Below are positions 56,676-64,000 of a DNA stretch of 64,000 nt, in pieces; the first letter of the stretch is position 1; every line of letters begins with the position of its first letter. A program made the translations under genes and the position numbers. Source of the DNA: Candidatus Daviesbacteria bacterium (lineage in GTDB: Bacteria > Patescibacteriota > Microgenomatia > Daviesbacterales > UBA10151); NCBI GenBank assembly GCA_016187025.1, contig JACPKM010000001.1, positions 107,188 to 171,187 on the forward strand. Reading direction: 5' to 3'. The notes under the pieces are model-generated. The model had not been told where the DNA came from. It ran no database searches and saw only the letters and a program-made list of their open reading frames with translations.

Positions 56676-57119
56676 CTACACCTTTTCGCCGCGTAACTCC
56701 TGTTCTATTCTTCTGAGTTGATCTTTTTCTTTAAGAGCTTTTCTTTTATCAAAATCTTTTTTAGATTTAGCCACCCCTATCTCTACTTTAAATCTGTTAT
56801 TTTTATCATAGATAGAAACTGGGATTAAAGTAAAACCAGTTGCGGATGCCTTTCCGATCAAAGCATCTATCTGAGCTCTATGTAAAAGCAGTTTTCTTAA
56901 CCTGAACGGGTCATATTCTTTATCTGAGGTTTGTTTAAAGCGTGGAATATTGGCATTTACCAAAAACGCTTCACCCTGAATAACTTTTATATGTGACAAA
57001 GACAAATCCAGTCTGCCGGCTCTGACGGATTTGACCTCTGATCCAGTTAAAACCAAACCGGCTTCCAGCCGATCAGTAATATGAAAATTATGTAGTCCCC
57101 TTTTATTTATAAAACGCAT
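56676..57119 (-). CDS. smpB: SsrA-binding protein SmpB
   Basis: 'NKRGLHNFHI...EAGLVLTGSEVKS...' conserved SmpB N-terminus. Confidence 0.9.
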   Translation of the reverse strand: MRFINKRGLHNFHITDRLEAGLVLTGSEVKSVRAGRLDLSLSHIKVIQGEAFLVNANIPRFKQTSDKEYDPFRLRKLLLHRAQIDALIGKASATGFTLIPVSIYDKNNRFKVEIGVAKSKKDFDKRKALKEKDQLRRIEQELRGEKV

Positions 57120-57165
57120 ATTAGTCAGATTATATAATTTGTGGGACTAAACTCAAGCTTAGAGG

Positions 57166-59097
57166 TTATTTTAAATCTAAAGTGTAAATTTTGAACCCTT
57201 CCAAAAGATAAACTTTTTTACTTTTCTCATCCACTACCAAATCTGAAGCTACTGAGAACTTATCGCCAGCATATTGGCCTTTATAGTCTCCGCTTTTACT
57301 GACTATTACTAGTCTAGAATTGCCTGAATCTAGAATATATAAATTATCTGTATCTGATGACACAAAAAAGCTTTTTGGATCTTTAATATTTTTGTCTAAA
57401 CCGTTTAAAGCAAAATTATCTTTTGCTCCCCTGGTAAACCTTAGAATCTCACCACCTTGCTTTAACACATAAACCGAGGACTCAATTTGCATTTTTATAG
57501 CATGTGTAAAATCAGCCTTAACTCCTTCGTTTAAATACTCTCTTTTGTCTGAATATCCAGAAGAGGTACCGATGTATTTCCAAATTTTATTTGAGAGAGT
57601 ATCTAAAAGATAGAAATTACTTCCAAATCCGGCAATATCAACAATTTTTCCCCACTCCTCATCCGGCTTTGTGGCAACCGTATCTTTTTGATTGTTGATA
57701 TCAACTTTTATAACTCCCTTGTCGGAAGAAAAAGCAAATGCAGAACCAGTGTTCAAAGAAACAAACAGGGCATCGCCTAACTTTTCTTTTCCTGCCAAAA
57801 CCTGGTTACTTTTTTTAGAAATATCAATTGATACTAAGGTTTTAGAATCAGTATCCAAAAGAAGTATTTTTCCATCTGATAAACTCATCCCCTTTGATTT
57901 AAGTCCTTGTTTTATTAAATTTAGATCCAAGAATTCAGGAAGATTTTGGGTATTAAATTGCTGCAGGATAACGTTTTCTTGCTCTGAAATCTTACTTTTT
58001 AACTCTTGAGCTTGCCCGTCATTAGGTTTGGAGTTCAAAGCTGCTGTTAAATTTGATTTTGCAGATTCCAGCTTACTTTTGGCTTCAGCCGGATTTAAAT
58101 TTTGCAAGCCTTGCGCAGCAGAAAAATCATCCCGGGCCTGCTGAAAAGTAAGCTGGAATTGTAGATCCCTGGCTTTTTCCTGATCGCTTTTAACCTTCAG
58201 ACCAACTCCTATACCAATAATCAGTAGCAGTAGAAGACCCAAAATTAACCTATTGCGCCCACTAGCAGGAAAAAGCCGGCCTAAAGAAAACCTTCTCTGG
58301 TTTAATACATATCCTGATTCCACTTCTGTTTGTTGTTGTCCGTTTTTTCTAATTCTATCTTTTAAACTTGTAAAAATTCCTGTAAAAGGATTCTTAAATT
58401 CTCTTTTTTGCCGGTTTTGCAAAGCATTTTCCCCAACTGGTGCAATTGAAGATATTTCAGACTGCTCTGGAATTGCATCTAGTAGTAAGCCAGCCATACC
58501 ATGATGGTCAAGGTTGCCAACACTAATTTTATTGGTTAACTCATCCTCCCACTCTGCTAAAGGCAAATCTAAAGTTTTGTTCAGTTCTGATTCTAAATAT
58601 TGAGAAAGATCTGCTGTTGCCAAAAGTATCCTGTCATCATCCTGCAAAAACCCGGAAATAATTTGTTTAGGAGAACCAATTGAAAGAAGAGAGGATACTT
58701 TTCCGTCCCTCTTTAGGAAAGCTACAACCTGACCTTCATAAATTAAATACAAGGTCTTACCAGAAACAACAGCTAGTACTAAGTCGTAGCTTACCGGAGT
58801 AGCGCTATCTTCTAGCCCTTCATTTGATGGTTGGGTCAAAAGTTGCTCTGCTTTAAGAAAGGTGCTGTTTAGTTTATCTGGTATAGAACCCTCTTCTTCA
58901 AAAAAATAATCTGCAATTTCTGCCAGTACTTGTCTGCCTTTAGTAAATGCATCATCGCAGGATAGATGAATTACAGCAGCAAATACATTGTTTTCATTCC
59001 TAATAGAGGAGATTGCTTGAGCAGCTGTTTGATCCGTATTTGGCCCAATAACCTGGGCGGCTTTATATCTCATAACCTTTAGGTCATAATACTCCAA
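57166..59097 (-). CDS. large hypothetical protein (643 aa) with one TM segment and C-terminal beta-rich region
   Basis: ORF; N-terminal part may be PP2C/SpoIIE-like (weak). Confidence 0.5.
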   Translation of the reverse strand: MEYYDLKVMRYKAAQVIGPNTDQTAAQAISSIRNENNVFAAVIHLSCDDAFTKGRQVLAEIADYFFEEEGSIPDKLNSTFLKAEQLLTQPSNEGLEDSATPVSYDLVLAVVSGKTLYLIYEGQVVAFLKRDGKVSSLLSIGSPKQIISGFLQDDDRILLATADLSQYLESELNKTLDLPLAEWEDELTNKISVGNLDHHGMAGLLLDAIPEQSEISSIAPVGENALQNRQKREFKNPFTGIFTSLKDRIRKNGQQQTEVESGYVLNQRRFSLGRLFPASGRNRLILGLLLLLIIGIGVGLKVKSDQEKARDLQFQLTFQQARDDFSAAQGLQNLNPAEAKSKLESAKSNLTAALNSKPNDGQAQELKSKISEQENVILQQFNTQNLPEFLDLNLIKQGLKSKGMSLSDGKILLLDTDSKTLVSIDISKKSNQVLAGKEKLGDALFVSLNTGSAFAFSSDKGVIKVDINNQKDTVATKPDEEWGKIVDIAGFGSNFYLLDTLSNKIWKYIGTSSGYSDKREYLNEGVKADFTHAIKMQIESSVYVLKQGGEILRFTRGAKDNFALNGLDKNIKDPKSFFVSSDTDNLYILDSGNSRLVIVSKSGDYKGQYAGDKFSVASDLVVDEKSKKVYLLEGFKIYTLDLK

Positions 59098-59392
59098 AAA
59101 CTAAAATTAGCAAGCCTATGGCAAACCCTGCATGAATTATAGCAGCTGCGGTAACAACCGGCGAGATAGGTGTAATTAAAGTTTTTCCCATTAAATCAAC
59201 TTGTCTGACAATAATTAAGGCAAAAATTGCATAAAAAACAAGTAAAAGCAAAACAACGTACCTAAAATAAGGGACAAGAAAGGAGAAATCAAATACTAAG
59301 TTAGTTTGATCAGGGGGCATGGTGACCTCCTTTTTTGGAAAGATGAGCCTCATCCATAACCCTATCTGCAACTTTGTGGGGGTCGGGAACAT
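59084..59392 (-). CDS. small membrane protein
   Basis: Hydrophobic 102-aa ORF overlapping its neighbours; weak. Confidence 0.35.
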   Translation of the reverse strand: MFPTPTKLQIGLWMRLIFPKKEVTMPPDQTNLVFDFSFLVPYFRYVVLLLLVFYAIFALIIVRQVDLMGKTLITPISPVVTAAAIIHAGFAIGLLILVFGVL

Positions 59393-59873
59393 TTTTTAAA
59401 TCAATCCCTACAGATGCCCCTGCAGTTTGAATTAAAACATCACCAAAGTTAAATACCGTTCCGATTATTCCTTTAACATGAGAGTTTGCTTCTTCTACAT
59501 TTGAAAGGGGAGCAAGATCTACTTTTTTATAAAGCAAAGACTCAAAGTCAATATCGATAATTCTTTTATTTGTTAAGATACTGACATTAAAATACCAGTA
59601 CAAAAACCCTTCAAATACAATCACCAACACCAGCAAATAGTTAATGATCAAAAAGCCCAGCAAAATCTCTTCTGCTATATTTGGTAATGTAATCCCAGTC
59701 AAAACAATCAATTGCGGGACTAAGAAGGGAACGGAGAAAACTAAGATTGCAAAAAAGATCCAGCCCAAGTTTGTGATAGGGTGAGCTCTTAAAACCAGTA
59801 ATATCTTCTCATCATTATCTTGTCCTTCAAAAGAGATGTTATGAGGATTTTCAAGATAAGAAAACAAGTGCAT
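59310..59873 (-). CDS. membrane protein with bacterial PH-like (DUF304/YdbS-like) domain
   Basis: Two TM helices followed by 'LTNKRIIDIDFESLLYKKVDLAPLSNVEE' bPH-like region. Confidence 0.5.
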   Translation of the reverse strand: MHLFSYLENPHNISFEGQDNDEKILLVLRAHPITNLGWIFFAILVFSVPFLVPQLIVLTGITLPNIAEEILLGFLIINYLLVLVIVFEGFLYWYFNVSILTNKRIIDIDFESLLYKKVDLAPLSNVEEANSHVKGIIGTVFNFGDVLIQTAGASVGIDLKNVPDPHKVADRVMDEAHLSKKGGHHAP

Positions 59874-59894
59874 GTTCTTGAGTTTAGTATATCA

Positions 59895-61598
59895 CTACTT
59901 CTTTTCTGCGTTAAACAAGGGACCAACTATTTGAAGATTAGCAGGAGCCCTTAAATTAAAGAAGTTTTTAAACTCATTACCGCCAAAAGATTTGGATCCG
60001 GCATCTCCAGAAATAGTAATATTAGCAGTAAGACCGTTGGTAAAATCAGGACTTATGGAAATATCAGAAACTGAGCTAAATGGTGTTCCTCCTTTGTTTT
60101 TCAACTCCTGTTTTACCCGAATAGCATCCCATGTTTCCTGTCCTTCCGGGTTGGGTTTGTCTGGTTGATACAGATGAGAAGATACTCCCCCATCTTGCTT
60201 TGTTAATAAAATTACGTTAACAATATCTGCCACCTCTTCTGATTTCAACCACGCTGATTTTGCATACTCAGACCTGAATCCCTGCGCCGCATAAAAACAG
60301 GGCGAATCTTTATCATATGACTTTGAGGCTAAGTCCGCAAAACTTCCAATGTCTCCGGTAACATCTTTTGTTCGCTTGGTAAATGATGTCCCGCTTCCCC
60401 AAACATCAGCTGAGGAGAAGGTAAACCCCCCATCTGTTGAAGAATACCAGGCCTTAACTGCCTGCCCCCCGGAAACCATTACTTTACCTGCAGTTTGCTC
60501 AACAGCTGTTTTCCATGCCCCTGATTTTGGCGGCTGCTTGTAAACCTGGCAGGATTGGGTAGTACAGATCTCACCTGCTCCATTGTTGGTATAAGCTAAA
60601 GCATAAGAACGGGCAGCAATTACCTGGGCTTTTAATGCCTCCAAAGGCCAGCTTTCCGGCATTTCATAAATTCCCAACATATAAGTTTCCAGCGGTATTT
60701 CTCCATAACCTTGTACTTTAATATTGATATTTCCTCTGGTCTCGAAACTAAAATTGTCAAAATAGACTCTTAAAATATCCTCATGAGACTGTCCTGCCTG
60801 TGCCCGCCCATATGCTCCATATTGATTTAAACCAACTCTGTGGGGAATGCCGTAAGTAAAAAAAGCGAATGCCGGCCTAAAAGGCGGGTCTAGTTTCCTA
60901 TCATCTGTACAAAAAAGCGGCCCTGCTCCTAAGCTGGTGGGTAAATTTAAACTGGCTTGACGGGAAGCAATAATTTGTTGCTGTCTTGCAGACAATTGGG
61001 CAATTTTACTGGTTAGCTCAGACTGATAAGCCTTGGCTTTTTTAATCTCTCCTCCAATGAATCCGGCATTTTTATCAACTTGGGCTTGAAGTGCGGCAAA
61101 AGCTATTTTGTCTTTTTCCAGTTTTTCCTTTTGTTCTAGTAAATCCAGTATTTCACCAGTAACATTTTTAATAATTCCTTTATCTTCCCTGGTTGCAGCC
61201 TGCCTATAAGATAACTCTCTAAATAAATCCCCCGGATTGGAAGCAGAAAGTAAAACCAGCAAGGGCGCGGTTAAAAACGATCTGATATAGTAGTTTTTTA
61301 CTCTTTCCTCAAGCAGGGCATGCTGCAGAGCCAGTTTATCTTCTCTGACCTCCAGCTCCTTTTGCTTTTGAGTAATAGTTGAAGACAGATGGTCTAAACT
61401 GGCCTGGATTTGAGCTAGCTGTCTTTCCAGGGAGCTAAGCTGGCCCTCTAAAGGCTTGGTGGCTTTAACTGATAACTCCCGAGACTTATTTAACTCATCT
61501 ATTTGTCTTTGCAGCTCTTCTATCTCATCTGCTTTAACTGAAAAAACAAGGATTAAAAATATAAAAATAGAGATAAAAATGGCAGTGACCTTTTTCAT
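59895..61598 (-). CDS. SpoIID/LytB-domain protein with N-terminal coiled coil
   Basis: Signal peptide, long coiled-coil; 'GLNQYGAYGRAQAGQSHEDILRVYF' SpoIID-like. Confidence 0.5.
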   Translation of the reverse strand: MKKVTAIFISIFIFLILVFSVKADEIEELQRQIDELNKSRELSVKATKPLEGQLSSLERQLAQIQASLDHLSSTITQKQKELEVREDKLALQHALLEERVKNYYIRSFLTAPLLVLLSASNPGDLFRELSYRQAATREDKGIIKNVTGEILDLLEQKEKLEKDKIAFAALQAQVDKNAGFIGGEIKKAKAYQSELTSKIAQLSARQQQIIASRQASLNLPTSLGAGPLFCTDDRKLDPPFRPAFAFFTYGIPHRVGLNQYGAYGRAQAGQSHEDILRVYFDNFSFETRGNINIKVQGYGEIPLETYMLGIYEMPESWPLEALKAQVIAARSYALAYTNNGAGEICTTQSCQVYKQPPKSGAWKTAVEQTAGKVMVSGGQAVKAWYSSTDGGFTFSSADVWGSGTSFTKRTKDVTGDIGSFADLASKSYDKDSPCFYAAQGFRSEYAKSAWLKSEEVADIVNVILLTKQDGGVSSHLYQPDKPNPEGQETWDAIRVKQELKNKGGTPFSSVSDISISPDFTNGLTANITISGDAGSKSFGGNEFKNFFNLRAPANLQIVGPLFNAEKK

Positions 61599-61663
61599 TG
61601 GGAAACTAAAGTGGCTATATTTTACCAGTTTTTGTAAACAAAACTACACCCTCTCTTCATTTT

Positions 61664-63025
61664 GTGCTAAGCTTTGATTTAATGCCTAAATTATTATCTT
61701 TTTTCCTAATAATCTTACTGTTTCTTTTCTCTATGAGATATCCTCAAGTTGTTGAAGCTAAAGCATGTTCCTTAACTTCTTGGGGGGTAGATATAAAAAG
61801 TGCTGCAAGACCTAGCAATACTGTCTCGGTGGGTGAACCTTATATAGTAACTGTATCAATCCCGTCTGCGGAATATAGTAGTTCATTTACAAAATTTAAA
61901 GCTAGGATACATAATCATTACCCCTACCAAGGACCATACCGTACAGATGATGATCCAATATTGACTGTTGGTTTTGTGTGGGAATCAGAGGTAACAGCGC
62001 CTGCCAAAAACCCAACCGGACCTACAATTGTCGAGCTACCATTTAACAATAAGGCTAACTTTTTTGATAAAGAAGGTACTGCTTTTGTAGAGATAGATTA
62101 TTTTCCCCGCAGCAATACTAACCAATCCTGGGCACGAAAATGTGATACTTCAAATAATAATTTTAATATAACCCGGGCCACTTTACCCACCTGTGACATT
62201 ACTGGATTAAACTCTTGCATGGTAGAAAACACTAGGTTTGATGTGAATATATCTACCACTACACCAAATCTTGACTATTACTACTTCTTAATTTCTAGTA
62301 AGCCCCCTACAATAGGATCGGCAATAGGGGTTGCCGGGCTTTTTACAAGCAGAAGCGGCATTGCACCTACAGTACTTAATAGCGATATACAATACGAAAT
62401 ACCAACCCATCCAAAAGACGATTTTTTCTTTTCAGGAAGAGTTGAAACATCACCAAAGAATTTAAACCGTTACCAAAGTGTTTTTGACTCCTTACCAGTT
62501 GACCAATCGAAAAGATATTATTTAGTAGTCGCAGCTACATCGGGAAACCCCTTTTTAGACACTGGTCTGACTGGTCTCCCTGCTAGAGTCTGTGCTGTTG
62601 GTACCTTTGTCAAAACCTCAGATCAAACTGCTAATGCTTGTACTGCAAAGTCCGTATCGACAATACAAACAGCAGATCCAAATTCACTGCCTGCCTTAGC
62701 AGGGGGACCAAAGACTTCTGGAGCAGGTAAGCTCTGTGACAATGACAAAGGAATACAAACGGCAATAGGATGCGTTCACACTAATCCTGGCCTACTTGTC
62801 CAAGATATTCTCAAACTTACCTCTGGAATAGGTGGCGGGATTGCTTTTTTGCTAATGCTTTTGGGGGCTTTTAGAATGATTACCTCCCAGGGAAACCCCC
62901 AAGAGCTAAAAGAAGGGCAGGAAATATTTACAAGTGCTATTATTGGATTATTGTTTGTGATTTTCTCAGTCCTATTTATGCAAATCATTGGACTAAATAT
63001 TTTGGGATTACCTGGATTTAAATAA
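61664..63025 (+). CDS. secreted protein with C-terminal VirB2/TrbC-like pilin domain
   Basis: Signal peptide; C-terminal 'IAFLLMLLGAFRMITSQGNPQELKEGQEIFTSAIIGLLFVIFSV' two-TM pilin-like module. Confidence 0.5.
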   Translation: MLSFDLMPKLLSFFLIILLFLFSMRYPQVVEAKACSLTSWGVDIKSAARPSNTVSVGEPYIVTVSIPSAEYSSSFTKFKARIHNHYPYQGPYRTDDDPILTVGFVWESEVTAPAKNPTGPTIVELPFNNKANFFDKEGTAFVEIDYFPRSNTNQSWARKCDTSNNNFNITRATLPTCDITGLNSCMVENTRFDVNISTTTPNLDYYYFLISSKPPTIGSAIGVAGLFTSRSGIAPTVLNSDIQYEIPTHPKDDFFFSGRVETSPKNLNRYQSVFDSLPVDQSKRYYLVVAATSGNPFLDTGLTGLPARVCAVGTFVKTSDQTANACTAKSVSTIQTADPNSLPALAGGPKTSGAGKLCDNDKGIQTAIGCVHTNPGLLVQDILKLTSGIGGGIAFLLMLLGAFRMITSQGNPQELKEGQEIFTSAIIGLLFVIFSVLFMQIIGLNILGLPGFK

Positions 63026-63026
63026 T

Positions 63027-63347
63027 ATGAAAAGGCTTGCTTTAACCCTTCCCGGAGGAGAAATAATAAACCCTCCAGCCGGACTAAAACCTGAATTTTC
63101 AAATTTAGGAGGATTTTTAACGCAGCTATTTAGCGTTGCTGTTTCTATTACAGTATTTCTGGCATTTATTTGGGTTGTCTGGGGTGGGTTTCAGCTGATA
63201 TTATCAAGTGGCAATAAAGAAGAGCTGGGCAAAGCCCGGGAAAGAATCAGGTGGGCTTTGGTAGGACTAATTGTCACGCTTCTGGCTTATTCTATTACCC
63301 GCTACGTTTCTGGTATATTTGATCTTAAAACAAGTTTACCATGGTAA
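63027..63347 (+). CDS. VirB2/TrbC-like pilin paralog
   Basis: 'FIWVVWGGFQLILSSGNKEELGKARERIRWALVGLIVTLLAY'. Confidence 0.5.
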   Translation: MKRLALTLPGGEIINPPAGLKPEFSNLGGFLTQLFSVAVSITVFLAFIWVVWGGFQLILSSGNKEELGKARERIRWALVGLIVTLLAYSITRYVSGIFDLKTSLPW

Positions 63348-63637
63348 ATATTGAAGATAAGTTTGGTTTTGGTAATATCAAAAGCCTTGGAGAAGCCATC
63401 TCCGGTCTGGTAAATCCGGCTTTTTCTATTGCAGCTGCCCTTGTTGTTTTATATTTTGTACTGGCTGGATTTAAATATCTGACATCAGCAGGAAATAAAG
63501 AAGATTTAGCCTCGGCTCAAAAAATGGCCCTTTATGCTACTGTTGGTTTTGTAGTACTAATGGCTGCTTTTTTGATATTCCAGTTTTTGCTATCCAAGCT
63601 ATTTGGTATTAATGGTTTGCAAATTATTGGTATTTGA
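63341..63637 (+). CDS. VirB2/TrbC-like pilin paralog
   Basis: 'FVLAGFKYLTSAGNKEDLASAQKMALYATVGFVVLMAAF'. Confidence 0.5.
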   Translation: MVNIEDKFGFGNIKSLGEAISGLVNPAFSIAAALVVLYFVLAGFKYLTSAGNKEDLASAQKMALYATVGFVVLMAAFLIFQFLLSKLFGINGLQIIGI

Positions 63638-63643
63638 GAATAT

Positions 63644-63980
63644 GACACTCATTGCACAAGATATACAAAAAGAGCTGGGACAAATAAAAGCTCCTGCGGC
63701 GCTAGAGCCGTTTATACAAAGAGGCGGAGACGGAGCAGGTGGAATTAGTCTGTTTTTGAGTAACTTGATTGCCCTTATTTATTCGGTTGCAGGGGTGGTA
63801 TTTATTTTTATGCTGGTATGGGGGGCATTTGAGTGGATGGTTTCCGGAGGAGAAAAAGAAAAAATAGCCTCGGCTCAAAAAAGAATAACTTTTGCTGTGA
63901 TCGGCATAATTTTGCTGTCGGTAACCTTTGCCATTATAGCTGTAATCAGTGCATTTACCGGATTTTCCTTCTTTATTTAA
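63644..63980 (+). CDS. VirB2/TrbC-like pilin paralog
   Basis: 'MLVWGAFEWMVSGGEKEKIASAQKRITFAVIGIILLSVTF'; start at MTLIAQ. Confidence 0.5.
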
Positions 63981-64000
63981 GTTATGGTACTTGACAACAA

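Noticed and set aside
1-64000. CRISPR arrays / cas genes
   Set aside because: No regularly spaced direct repeats of 25-40 nt and no Cas-like ORFs were seen anywhere in the window.

Overview
This is an AT-rich bacterial window. Short RpoD, competence genes (dprA, comM, comF), abundant small pilin-like proteins, a LAGLIDADG gene and a tRNA intron suggest an uncultivated small-genome lineage, but that is weak inference. Layout: (i) 1-7.2 kb is a redox/regulator neighbourhood: Crp, MarR, HxlR, thioredoxin-like, FMN reductase, disulfide oxidoreductase. (ii) 7.2-42.4 kb is a long accessory/defence region. It holds Fic, a LexA-like/m4C-MTase/REase cassette, a P-loop kinase, several toxin-antitoxin pairs, decayed gene fragments and short direct repeats at cassette junctions. 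It also carries two paralogous integrative modules, each DUF5659-RHH-...-large serine recombinase; the second abuts a tRNA-Asn that carries a ~212-nt group I intron. Between them sit a HerA-like ATPase + 534-aa unknown + Dam-like MTase operon and an XRE-ImmA-unknown trio. (iii) 42.7-64 kb is a core region: rpoD, dnaG, six more tRNAs (four Ser isoacceptors, two Arg), ssrA/smpB, comF, dprA, comM, yraN, TlyA and NUDIX. It also contains three more TA pairs, a free-standing LAGLIDADG endonuclease and a tandem array of VirB2/TrbC-like pilin paralogs. All calls come from reading the translations and sequence; no database search was possible.
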